This document shows positions 23,584-35,464 of a stretch of 64,000 nt of DNA, in pieces. The translations under genes were made by a program, and so were the position numbers. The notes under the pieces are model-generated. The model was not told the DNA's origin. It did not search any database and saw only the letters and a list, made by a program, of their open reading frames with translations. The DNA comes from Squalus acanthias. Its lineage: Eukaryota. The stretch lies in NCBI GenBank assembly GCA_030390025.1, contig CM059431.1, positions 130,822,001 to 130,886,000 of the forward strand. The letters run 5' to 3'. Each line of letters starts with the position of its first letter. Positions within the stretch are counted from its first letter, which is position 1.

Positions 23584-26500
23584 TAATGATACCAAATGTA
23601 GCAGTTTGAATCTTTGAAGAATAAATGTAGCTACGTTTTAGTTGCCAGAAGACTCCTGATACAAAAGAACCTTGAAATTACTGAATGAAACTGTTGCAGT
23701 GGGTGAAAGTAACAAAAAAACACTGAAATTGCACTAACCTGACTGCTGCGAGTGATTACTACTGATGATGCCTTTAAATAACGTTCCTGAAGCCAGCTTC
23801 CTGGTGCTGTATGCCAGCTCTCCCTGTTAGTGTTTACTCCAGGCGGTGTGGTAAGTGGCAAAAAATCAATTTTGCAAATCGGGCGGTCAGTGAGTGTTGC
23901 ACACTCACTGACATCACGATCTACCTGGCGTTGATGTTCCTGGCGATACCTCTAACCAGCGGCGCTACGAGGGGGGGGTTGCTGGATTTGGCGTGTGGCG
24001 CTGGATTCGCCTCGCCCTGGCAATACTGGTCTCGTGCCCCATTACCGACATCTAACGGGAGGCGCTAAGGGGACGGATTTTCCCCCTAGTATGTCTGCGA
24101 TAGCTGGACCACTTACTGTCACCATATCAGAAAACTTAATAATTTCCACCTACGTTGCCTCAGAAAGATCATATACATTTGATGGCACAATATTCCAGAC
24201 ACTGAGGTCCTAAGAAAAGCAATTATGCCAGGCATGGAAGAAATGATGGCAAAGGCGCAGCTAAGGTGGGCTGGTTACCTAGTCCAAATGTCTGGTACTA
24301 GACTACCCAAGAAGGTATTCTACGGTGAGTTGAAGCTTGGCAAATGCTCTCATTGTGGTCAGTTCAAAAGATAGATGGATTGCCAAAAGACCAATCTTAA
24401 AAATGTGGCATCTCAACTGACACATGGAAGTATGATGCTTATGACAGGAAAATTGATAAAAGATGTTTTGCAAAGGCACAACAAAGCTTTAAGCAAGTCG
24501 TATCTAGCTAGCTGAAGAAAAGAGAAATCAAATCAAAAAGGTAAGATTAGCCGTCAGGTCAATCTGACATCTGATGTCCTGTGTGTGGAAAAATATTCCT
24601 CGCATATATCAGCCTGCATATTCAGAGGTGAACCCACAACCTGTATTAAATTGGAGATGAATCATAGGCTGTCATCATCGACAAAGATGGACAAAGCATC
24701 AGTGGACCAGTTGATCTCTGGTATATATCAGAAATTGGCTTTGTATCATATTTCCAGCAATGCAGCTTCAGCCAGTAAAATGGCACATTAAATATTTATG
24801 CACGTGTACTTAGCATATTCTGTACTTTTTAGTTAAGTAAATATAATCTGAACCCAATATTAAAATGTTTAATTTCTACTTTTTTAATGCTGAGTCATAG
24901 TTTCTCAATTTCTTAGAGTAATATTAGAAAGCAGTGTTTTTAGTCTTTACCAAATTAGCATTCCATCCAGAATCAGGGCAAAATCACATCAATGTAAATA
25001 GAAATTCACAGCTGTCACTCTTGGGCCCCAGAGTTCACTAACAGCATTTAATTTTAAAAGAATTCTGAAACACAAATACTTAGCATATTAGAAATCTAAT
25101 TTATAATGGCTTCTGTAATTATCTTCTCATGGGAATTGTTTTAATTCCATCTCCCATCTCCCAGTAGTGTTTCAGTCATCCTGCTTGAGTGCAGTTACAC
25201 CTTGCATAAAGGGTCATTGTTAGGATAAAAGGTTGTATTTTGATTGTGTACAAATATTAAAGTTCCCTACCAATTAGTTCTGATATTATATTTATCCCAT
25301 TTTTACAAAATCACAGTTTACTCTGTATTTCTTTAGATTATGCTCAGTACGCACTGTCTGTTTCACATCACTATCCCCCTGTGTGAGAACTCAAAGGAGG
25401 ATTGTTGTGTCTGGGATTTTTGTTCTCACTTAGCACTGTCGTTCCTCTCTTTGTCTTTCATGTTTATCTGCAGTTTCCCCCTTTGTCTCTTGTTCTTGAT
25501 TGGAATTTCTGCCTCACTTTTGGCTGTAGTTCTTCTATTTGCCTCCTCCTCATTCTGTGCTCCCTTCCATTCTTTCCTTCATCCTTCCACTCGCGTTGTA
25601 CCAACAAACCTGGGTAAGTTTTCTGACTCACCTGTAATTTGTTTTCTCCTCAGAAAACATTTCAGCCATGAATTGAAGCAGTATAACAGAATGGAGCAAT
25701 AGAAAAGTGCTCACATTAAGCCCTGTGAGATGGATACAGGAACACTTGCCCAATAATTTTTTTACAATCTAATCAGACAGCCACATCTGCTTCACTGCTT
25801 CTGTTGATCACTAGATATTCCTTGCACTACAAAACAAGTGTCCTCTAAATTTAAACAGCAGTTATATTTAATTTCACCTTATTCATTATGCTATAGTTAT
25901 TGTTTCCACTTTTTAAAAACAATTATCGAGAATCAAAAAATTAGGACTAATAACTGAGGAAAGACAGATACACAGTTAAACATAGCACAGCCTTGTTTTA
26001 AATCTCTTGTCTAGATTCAATTTTCATAGGTTTATTTTCACACTTTTAGTATTTGTCTAGTTTTGCTCTCTGTTCCAGAACCGTTGTTGTTGTTGTGTCC
26101 ATGTCAGTGATCTGATCAATCTCTCCAGCTTTCTTCCCCTCTTCAGCTCTGTTCCGTTTGGGTTGGACTGTAGAATTGGAGCTCAGAATGGATTGTAAAT
26201 TGGGATTGCTGATGCGTCCTGCAATGTTGATTTGAGTTTAAATGCTGAGAGTAGTTCAAATCCGCTGAATGGTTTGTGGGAGGATTGTGATCTGCAGTGG
26301 TCGTGTAGGTTTGAAAATAAAAATTAAATGCAGAAAAATTGTAAGATGAAACTTAACTGCAATCAGTTTGGTGACAGTTATTCACAGACGATTTAACAAA
26401 TAATTTTACCAGGTTGAAAGCTTCCTGCAGGGTAAGGGCTATTGTGACTGTTGAAGCATGCATTGTGCTTGTCTGCACATTTTAAAGTGGTACTTCACAA

Positions 26501-26713
26501 TAGAAAGCTTATTCTAATGTATTCTTTATGAAAACCTAGTACCAATCCCCCTTTGTTGTACTGATTCTTCTCATAAAAATCAATTTTAGAAAATGTACTG
26601 TTGAATCACTAGATACTTCATTCAATTCAACAAAAAGTATCAAGACATGACATCAGGCATGTCAGTAGTGCAGAATTTAGCACTTTTCGCTTTGTGTGAC
26701 TAGTGTCAATATT

Positions 26714-27505
26714 GGCCTGGATTTTGCTCTCAGCGGCGAAGGAACGGCTTTCACTGTTCACCTCGCATACAACTGCCCACAGACTTTTCGCTTGTCAGCA
26801 GAGATTTCCACTAATCCGCCGTCTGTTTCAGTATGGCGCCCTCTACAAGGGATCTGTGACGTCTGTGAACAGGGAAAGCAACAGCGAGGCTCTTCAACCA
26901 GTCAGATTGAAGTATCCTCACAGGGAAACGCAGAAGTTAACCCAGGAAGTAAAAAACGGGAAATATAAATTACATTTAAATGATGTAGAGAAATCAAAAT
27001 AAATATTGGGAAGTACAGATGGGATTAAGGGAGAGAGATAAAAGAAAGAAACAGAAAAAGTAAATTTTAATTTTATTTTTTTAGAAATCTGGAACATTCA
27101 TTTTCTTCTAAGGGAACGAGACTCCACACTTGTAAAATTAATTTTTCAGGGCCAGAGATGTTGTTCAGCAGTAATTATCACTGATTACACTGTTAAAAAC
27201 TCACTTACGCTTAAATGTATCAGCCCTAACTTTTTCAGCCATTTTTAGTGTGGATCTAGTGGGCAAGCACCCCAAGTTCACGCCATTACAGTGATTTCAG
27301 TGCCGAGTCTATCGGCGAAGACTGTAACAACGCACCCTGTGGAGGAGCAGGGTATCTCTGATAGCAACTTCTGGATTTCCGCGTTTAATGCGGATGTGCG
27401 GATGCCAGAAGTTACTGTCGGATTTACCCTGTAATAACAGCAAGGCTATGTAATAACGGCGAGCGCTAATAGCCTTGTCATTATTATTACAGCAAAATCC
27501 AGGCC
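26714..27505. mobile_element. Harbinger-type MITE family E
   Basis: Perfect 15-bp TIR GGCCTGGATTTTGCT/AGCAAAATCCAGGCC with TSD ATT. Confidence 0.88.
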
Positions 27506-27741
27506 ATTTAGTATTCCCAGAGACAGATACAGAATAAAGCTCCATCCACTCTGCCTAAATAACATGCCTTAAACACAATCTCAGGAGACCTCCCCTTACA
27601 TCAGCTGTGCAAATGTTTCCAATACTTACACCAGTTATTCTCATGTCTTTTCTGAGTAAGGTTGCCAATCTGTATATAATTATGTGCTCACTCACTATAA
27701 ACTGTATTGGAACCTTTAGTGCAAGAGTGTTTAAGCTTTTC

Positions 27742-28601
27742 GGCCGCGATTTTATCGGCACTGAGAGGGCAGGTTTGGAGGCGGATCAAGGGTCAAAATC
27801 ATTTTGAGTGACAGCGGGTTTCGATCCCGCCATCAACCCACCTCCAAACAATTTTCCCAAGTATCAGGTCCCCGATTTGCACATGGACCCGACACCTAGC
27901 AGCGGGAAGAGGATTAAAGCCACTTACCTTCCTGTTAACAGGTGCTTGCTAGTAGTTAACAGGCTCTTTTTCAATTTTGCCGCTTCTGACTCGGGGTTCC
28001 CGACATCCAGACACCACGCCAGGTAAGTGTGGCGTGTTGTGAGTCTGCTGTAGTGTTTCTGCATTGATGACAGCTGCAGAAGTGGTGTGAAGGATCCAAT
28101 GGTGCACTGGTGAGTTTCAGAAGTAAGGAAATGTTGGGAAAATCATTTTTAATGCTTTTACACTTTTCTGTAGGTAAAAAGTTTTGAAATCGATGTCTAG
28201 TCACACCTCATTGGGAGAACCTCTCTCATTAGTGACAGATCACTTCTGTAACCTCACCTGCAGCTGCCATCTGTTCCAGCCTATGGAGGGAGTCACTGGA
28301 GAGCCTGGGTGCAAGAGCTCACCTTTGTACAGTGATTGTCAGTGTTTGCAGCACCTCAATGCCGTCAAACACTGAGAAATGAGCTATCAAAGAAAAATTG
28401 TGCGTGGTCCCTTTAAGAAAACCGGCAGATGACGCATCATCAAATTACATCATCTGACTGGCTTCCTCTTAATTGACCGGCAAGCCCGCAAGGTCAATCA
28501 GCATAAAATCACGTCTGTGGGCCGGATGTAGTTGGGGGGGACTGGAAGCCGGAAACCACCTGACCCACTCCCAACCCACATCTATTTACAAAATCATGGC
28601 C
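27742..28601. mobile_element. Harbinger-type MITE family D
   Basis: TIR GGCCGCGATTTT/AAAATCATGGCC with TSD TTC. Reverse-complement homologue at 52375-53269. Confidence 0.85.
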
Positions 28602-28801
28602 TTCGTCTCTGTTGGCTGCTTAGGTACATACTATGGAGTATCAAGAACCACATATGAAGTTTAAATCAATCTTCCCATTAATTTGCATTGAAGCTGCATA
28701 CAGTAACAATCTAGGTGTTCTGCTGTAGAATTTTTCCAACAATGAGATAACATCATTAATAACAATGCCTTCCAAGCCTCCAGGCCCACAAAGTTCAAAC
28801 G

Positions 28802-29160
28802 ACAATAACAACAACAAATTGTATTTATATAGCGCCTTTAACATAGTAAAACGTCCCAAGGCACTTCACAGGAACATTAAAAGACAAAAAATTTGACACC
28901 GAGCCACAGAAGGATAAATTAGGGCAGGTCACCAAAAGCTTGGTCAAAGGAGGAGGTTTGAAGGAGTGTCTTAAAGGAGGAAAGAGAGGTAGCGAGGCGG
29001 AGAGGTTTAGGCAGGGAATTCCAGAGCTTTGGGCCTAGGCAACAGAAGGCACAGCCACCAATGGTTAAGCGATTATAATCAGGGATGCTCATGAGGGCAG
29101 AATTAGAGGAGCGCAGATATCTCGGGGGGTTGTGGGGCTGAAGGAGATTACATATAGGGT
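28802..29160 (-). mobile_element. L2 LINE 3' end
   Basis: PPRYLRSS..TIGGCAF..GPKLWNSLP..SLSSFKTLL.T..FDQAF, then the tail AAAGGCGCTATATAAATACAA plus (TTG)n on the minus strand. Confidence 0.85.
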
Positions 29161-29311
29161 GCACAGCCAGCAAACCCATGCAGAATGGAATCTAGGACAG
29201 AAATGGATATATATCACAATATCATGTTTTTCTATTATTTCAGAAAAGTAACAAGAAAGTTTGTTTGCTTATAGTTTCATTTTGTTCTAAATAAAGACTT
29301 TCTGTTAACAT

Positions 29312-30040
29312 ATGGCTGGATTTTGCTCTGAGTGGTGAACCGTTACGTTTGCACTTGCCCATAGACTTGCTATGGGCTTTTGCACTGGAAGTTCCTGTCA
29401 GCCAACTATCCAAAAAGCACAGCACTCTCTACAGGGCATCTGGGATCTGTGTGATTAAGACAAGCAACTGTGTATCTCGTTAACCAATCAGATTGAAGAA
29501 TTGTTAATGAGCAGCGCAGAGTCTGAACCAGGAAGTGTCAGTTAGAATATTGAATTCAATGTCAAATCAGATACAGGAAGTGAACTAAAAAGGGAATAAA
29601 GATTGGATTAAGAGAGATAAGAAAAAGTAAAAAAAAGTATTTACTTTTTTTATTTTTTTAAATCTCCAACAATAATTAAAATCTGAAGGTATGAGACTCC
29701 ACACTTGTAAAAGTTAATTTTCAGTGCCAGAGAGGTTGTTTGGCAGTAATTAAGACTTACCATGGCATTAAAAGGGTACTTACACTGGAATGGACAAGCC
29801 CTAATTTTTTTTGGTGAGCTCAGTTTGTATCCATAAGGTAAGTACAGGAACTTCACGCTGTTCAATGTATTTCAATGGCGTGTCTCTCGGCGAGATACCA
29901 TTATCACACAGCTTTTGGGTGAGCAAGGCATCTCGGACAGCAACTTCCTGATTTTCATGTTTAACTGCGTATGTGCGGTCGAGGGAAGTTGCTGTGCAAT
30001 TTCCACATAAATAACGGTGACCGCTATTAGCCTTGGATAT
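29312..30040. mobile_element. Harbinger-type MITE family E, second copy, right end truncated
   Basis: Collinear with 26714-27480. Confidence 0.75.
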
Positions 30041-30493
30041 TGGATCCTTACAGCTGGCACAGTAGCTGACTTTTATCCCATACTGAGGCACATTATCAAG
30101 TTTGTGGCCCCATCAGCCATTGTATCCTTTTAGCATAGATCTACTTCCATGCTATAATGAATAATAAATAATTGTCCCTTTACCAAGGAACTGTAATTGT
30201 ATGGAGGCTCTCAATAATATGCTGAGCTTTGGTTGTGCTTTAATTATCTTTAAATGTAATGTTTCTCTTAATGGCTCTTAGTTGTTTTAGAATGTTCTAT
30301 TTGCCTTGTAGTGTTTAAAATAGAAACACATATGCTTGGAGGTGACTTGGTTTCCCATCCTGATCAGGATGATCTACACAATGAGTCCCCAATCCCAGCT
30401 AGGCTGTATGAAGGAGGTGAGGGGAAATTAGAGAGCCTGTCAACCCACAGTAAAATACATTGTATCAGTCAGTAACTGAGTGGTTGGAAGCTT

Positions 30494-32135
30494 TGTAAGG
30501 GATTCCTGACCCTGCGTGTCTCGTGGCCTGTGAGATTCACACGGCTCTGTGCAGCCTGTATGTCAGTGCGGGTCTAGGCCTTGCTGCCTGTTCTGGTCTC
30601 CAGCCAGTCTGGGAACACTAGACACACCTGTGAGTGGTTCGAATCACTCTCCCTTACGGTTCTAGACACTGGACTTAGATGCGAGAGCAGTAATGGAGAT
30701 AAAACTCATGTAGACTTGGTTTGAATGGTACGAAATGGAAAAATCTTTATTGCATGATACTTAAGATTATGAAATACATGTCATAAGCACAGATTAATGA
30801 CAGTACAATCTTACAAACAGTTATATAGTCGATCTTAGGGAAACGAGGAACGAACGGCACAAAATAAATAGGGGCACACATTACAAATATCCTTAATCCT
30901 TAAACCCTCCCCTATCAATATCTATCCTAAACTAGATTCGTAGGATCTCGAGACTCATGCTCACCACTCGTGATAACTCGGAGAAATTCCGAATAGCTGA
31001 TCGGATGTTTTTCACCGCAGCACCCACGTGTCAGTCAGGAGATCTCCTGGTCCCACTTGTTTACTTGCTTCTGCTGCTCTGGCTAGCAGGCTGGACCGTC
31101 TGCTGTGATGAAGACCTGTGTTGGTTGGCTTAACAGGTACTCTTCGAGCACAGTTATCGATATCGTCGCTACGATATGTTTCCTTGCAAGTTCAAGAGAA
31201 GTCTTCCTGGCGAGGAAAACTTGGCTAATCGACCTACAGGCGCGGTCGGGATTTACTGACCGTGGCGATGGATATGGTCTTCCTCTCTTCTCATCTCATC
31301 TCATCTCATCTCGGGCCTTCGGTTCCGCTGCCAGTTACCAACATAGGTCTTCGTTACGCGACACGAGGTAGATCCGAACGGATCAGAAAGTTCAACAGTC
31401 TTTTCAGAAGAGGCAACAGGCAAGCAGGAGCGAGCCCAACTACGAGTACACAGGAGCAGCCACGAGGTTACGAATCGACCGGATAAAAGCACAGGAGCAA
31501 GAGAAAGAATGGACGGTTTGGAGCCTGCAATTATAGTGCAAAATCTTCCGTTTCCCGCCCAACTATAATGTCCATTCTTTTGTTTAAGGTCTGGCGCTCA
31601 AATGTCTTGTATGGGTGATCTCCGTTCTTAATGGGTTTCGGGGCTACTCGTAAATGTCTGAGTACCTGTTAATATTTCTCCCATTGTTAAATCGGTCGGT
31701 GTTCTCCCTGGAGGGGTTTGGGGCTTCCAAGTGTCCTGTATAACTACCTGCTAACGGCTCTCTCATCGTAGAGTCGTTGGGATTTTACATATTAATGTCT
31801 TTTGGATGGGCCCTTGATTACTCGGTACAATGGCTTTCCTTTGTACCTGGGAGACCGATTTCAGTATCTATTTGTATACTGCAAACCCATAATGTCTCGT
31901 GTATTATCTTCACTGTGCTGAATCTTAATCGATCTTGCACAAATGTTTATTGGAACGCCATCTTGTCTGCCTGTTGAAAAGTCTAGAATGTTCTGTCACG
32001 AGGTGCGGCGGCCATTTTACAGGCTGCTTGTGTCCACTTTAAACTTGCCAGCATTCTACTGAAATAAAAGCTGTTTGAACGAAACTTTGTGTTTTCTCCT
32101 TATTAATCAAATCGCGATATATTGCGAATTCTACA
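30494..32135 (-). mobile_element. Solo LTR (1642 bp) related to the provirus at 58689-64000
   Basis: TGTA...TACA termini with 4-bp TSD GCTT (30490-30493 and 32136-32139). Collinear homology with 58689-60315. Confidence 0.92.
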
Positions 32136-32459
32136 GCTTCTAGGAGCAGGACATCTGTCTACCCTTTCAGCTGCCAATAACTTGAAGTGGGGGGGGGGAA
32201 ACAAAGAAGTAAAAAAAAAAATTGTTTAAATGTGTGCTGGGAGAGAGAATAATTGTGCAGTTTTATGTGTCTCTTATAGATCTGATCTTTCATCAATTGG
32301 ATAAAAAACAAAGACCTGGAAAACAAACAGAAGTCTAAGTTAATGTCTCTTTTAGGAAACATTTTGTTCAACTCAGATTATAGTGGGAAAATGTAATCAA
32401 GAGCCTGTGAAAGGAATGGAGCCATGTGTCAGCATGTGTTAGTTGGCCATTACTCAATA

Positions 32460-32803
32460 ACTCCTCTTGAGTGCCGGGCTCTTTTGCCGCCACTCTGATC
32501 CCTGGTGCCCCAGTTGGACCCCGGGTCGCGCTGTGCTAGGCTCCTCCCCTTTAATAAGGGGAGGAAGACCTGCAGTACCGCAGAACAACGTGCCGCAGAA
32601 CGTGGCACTGTGGCACATAGCGCCGCGATATTCACATGCAGCACCCCAAGAGGGAGGTGGGGTGCTTCCAGTAGCGCCCTGCCTCCCTCTTGGGGTGCTA
32701 CCAGTGAATTTTGGGCACGGGGATGATAATTTTTTCGGGGCACTAAAAGTAGCACCCTGGCGAAGTTAGCGTCCCAAAGGGGGCGCAACCCAATTTTGCC
32801 CCC
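32460..32803. mobile_element. Right-end fragment of a Harbinger-type MITE (related to 35727-36340)
   Basis: Shares CCCCAAGA..GGAGG..TTCCAGTAGCGC..TGAATTT and the CCCAATTTTGCCCC terminus. Confidence 0.65.
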
Positions 32804-33739
32804 AAAATGACTGATGAAATTTTAATGAAGAAATGCTCAGAAGCACCTTAGCTTAAGCAGAGATCTGTGCTGTCAACACAGCTGTTAAAAATATATCTCA
32901 CAGTCAACTCCTTGGCGTAAGATGACAGATGAGGATAACTGTGTTTAGTCTATGTCTGGACTTTAGAAGCACGTGTATGGTTTGTGACAGATTGAAAACA
33001 GTTTTTAATATAGATTTTATACAAATATTGACTACAGTAGAGGGCTATGGCAGTAAACAGTTGATTCAGGGGTTTCAAAAGTGGCTGGTAGTATGTTGTA
33101 ATACCTAAAAGATGAAGTAGTTATTCATACATTAAGTCATATTGTAACCTGTGGGTCAACGGTTTCACTTATTGCCTGAAAATTCCCCTACTATTCTTTT
33201 CAATAACTATCTACTTAAATTTATTTTTTAAATGCAGCAGGACTGATTAGGGCCGAGACTGAAAGCCACATTGATAATGTCCATCATGATTTCTTCATGA
33301 CAATCTTTGGTGGAGATGTGTAAGTTTGGTAATTGTCCTGGTGTGCCAACTCATTCTCAGTGTGTAACAGGGTGCAACATTAGACTACCTTGGAAAATAT
33401 TTTAACAGACTGTAGCCACTGCTTTCTGTTATTAGTTTTGCCATAGACCCCTGTCTGTTGGTCTCTGCCATCTCTTAATTATTACTGTTACTCATATCAA
33501 TTGGCAGGAAAGACAGGCATTCTCATTTAAATAAAATTCAAATCAAGGTCAAATTAAGTTGTCTTGGATTTTGCTATTGTCCAAATGTAGTATATCTAGT
33601 AAATCAATATATATCTGTGTGACGGAAGAGCGTGCACTGAGGATTGTACGCTGGAATCTATTTGTACCTAATCCTGTCTGCAGTGCTGTGTGGATTTTAC
33701 CAAGATGTTTAGACTCACTGCCTTCAGTCAATCTCCACT

Positions 33740-34884
33740 GGGGCTAATTTTTGTTAGTTGGTTTAGAATTAGAAGGAGCCAGACACGGTGGGATTAGCAC
33801 ACAGTGCCTGGACCAGTGCTGAACCCAGCCAAGCTTCTGCATTTACTTTCATTTGCATATTGTGGGAAAGCTGCAAGCGCAGCTAGTGTCTGGAATTGAT
33901 AGTTCATCCATTGGGGGCAGAAAATCATGTATCTGAAGCTGAATGATGTCCATGAGCAGCCAAGGGAGCAGCAGAGCACCTCAGTTTCCCGACATGTCCT
34001 TGGAATTCTTGGTGGACCAAGTTCACGAGTGGAAGAATATTTTGTTCCTCACGGAGGAGCACTATGTCAAACAGTGTAATAGGGAATAGGCTTGATGGGA
34101 GGTTGTCAACTATGCTAATGCCTACTACATATGGCCCAAGACTTGGCTGGAATGCCAAAAGAAGATCAATGATCTTGTCAGGTGTGCCAAGGTAGGAAAC
34201 TTCATTCACATTTCCATTGTTTTAACTATGCAGGGCATGACCCATACTCTCAACCCCTCAATCTGTCAGTTGCTAGGCACCTCCATTTTTCTATCCTTCA
34301 TATTTTGAAAACCTGCTCCCCCGACAACTCCTTGCTATTATACAAGAATAATGCTTGTTCATGTCATTATGCACATTATGGTCAGCAGACTGATATGAGG
34401 CAAAGGCAGTAAAGACCCTTCTGCCAACGTCAGTTAGTTGCCCTCTTCTACTCTTCCTGCCCATAATAAGAAGGAGAGAACCCACACAGAAGGAGGTCCC
34501 CCACCCTCCCAAACTGTCACTCCCTTTGAAGAGGGTACACTTCAAATCATGGGCAGGTCCAATGTGGCTGAAGAAGCTGGAGGCCTGGTTCCAGATGAGG
34601 GTGTGTGGACAAAGTTTTCATGCCCCTGCCTCACTCATTGCAGCCACATCAGCAAAAGAACATCAAACCATGTCTGGCATTGTGTGGAAAGGTACTTGAC
34701 ATGTACTGCACTTCCTATTCAAGCTACATTATATGTCCCTTTCCCCACACTCGGCTGAAGGCCCTGCTACCCTGGCAGCTCCACACACCCAACTGCGCCC
34801 TCCCCCCCCCCCCCCCCCCCCCCGCCCATTTTCGGGCCACTACTGCCCTGTTTATGCCAGCTGGCCCGACTTAAAATCTAACCC
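33740..34884 (+). mobile_element. Old Harbinger remnant with a Myb/SANT-like pseudogene
   Basis: 33952-34191 encodes MSSQGSSRAPQFPD..WEVV..KTWLECQKKINDLVRCAK followed by a GT donor. Later comes KERTHTEGGPP..TPFEE. Termini are TIR-like. Confidence 0.65.
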
Positions 34885-34974
34885 TATGAATTAGATTATG
34901 CTGTAAATGTTGTCATTGGCCACTGTGTGGAAATTTGGCTTTGGCGACTTGAGTTCAGCATAAATGGCTCTAAA

Positions 34975-35103
34975 CACCTGAGGGAGAAAGGAATAGAAGG
35001 TTATGCTGATGGGATTAGATGAAGAGGGGTAGGAGGAGGCTCATGTGGAGCATAAACACCGGCATTGACCAGTTGGGCCGAATGCCCTGTTTCTGTGCTG
35101 TAA
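34975..35103 (+). mobile_element. CR1 LINE 3' tail
   Basis: GGAATAGAAGGTTATGCTGA..GGGCCGAATGCCCTGTTTCTGTGCTG. Same family as the minus-strand tail near 52035. Confidence 0.7.
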
Positions 35104-35464
35104 CAAAAATGTTACCACTGTAAAGTACCAGAATACAGCAGATTTTCAGTTATTATTGGAGAAGTTATCATATTACGTAATCAGAATAGATTTTATAGGC
35201 CCCAATTTTAGCTCTAGGTGGATTCCCCGCTCAGGCCTGAGTTAAAATTACAGTCAAGTCTCAATGATGTCATTGGGTCGCACCATGCATATGTAAAGAA
35301 GGACCCCGTTGGCTCCGGGTGTGTGTTCTTGCTGTCTGCTCAGGAGAGCAGGTTAAACTTGCAAATGTTGCTATCAGGCTTTTGGACAGGTAAGAGTCAG
35401 GGCGATTTTAACTGCCCACCCGCCAGGTTTCTGCTGAGTGAGTAGGGTTAAATTCGCTGCTCCA

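Larger units (their letters stand above)
21365..24086. mobile_element. PIF/Harbinger DNA transposon (formerly autonomous, decayed)
   Basis: Imperfect TIRs and TSD TAG. Carries convergent Myb/SANT-like (+) and DDE transposase (-) genes. Confidence 0.88.
20880..24700 (+). mobile_element. RTE-clade LINE RT/C-terminal fragment, split by a Harbinger insertion
   Basis: KLLFADDC, GFTISLQKTEV and KASSAFGRL before the insertion. AQLRWAG and RLPKKVFYGEL after 24087. Confidence 0.85.
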
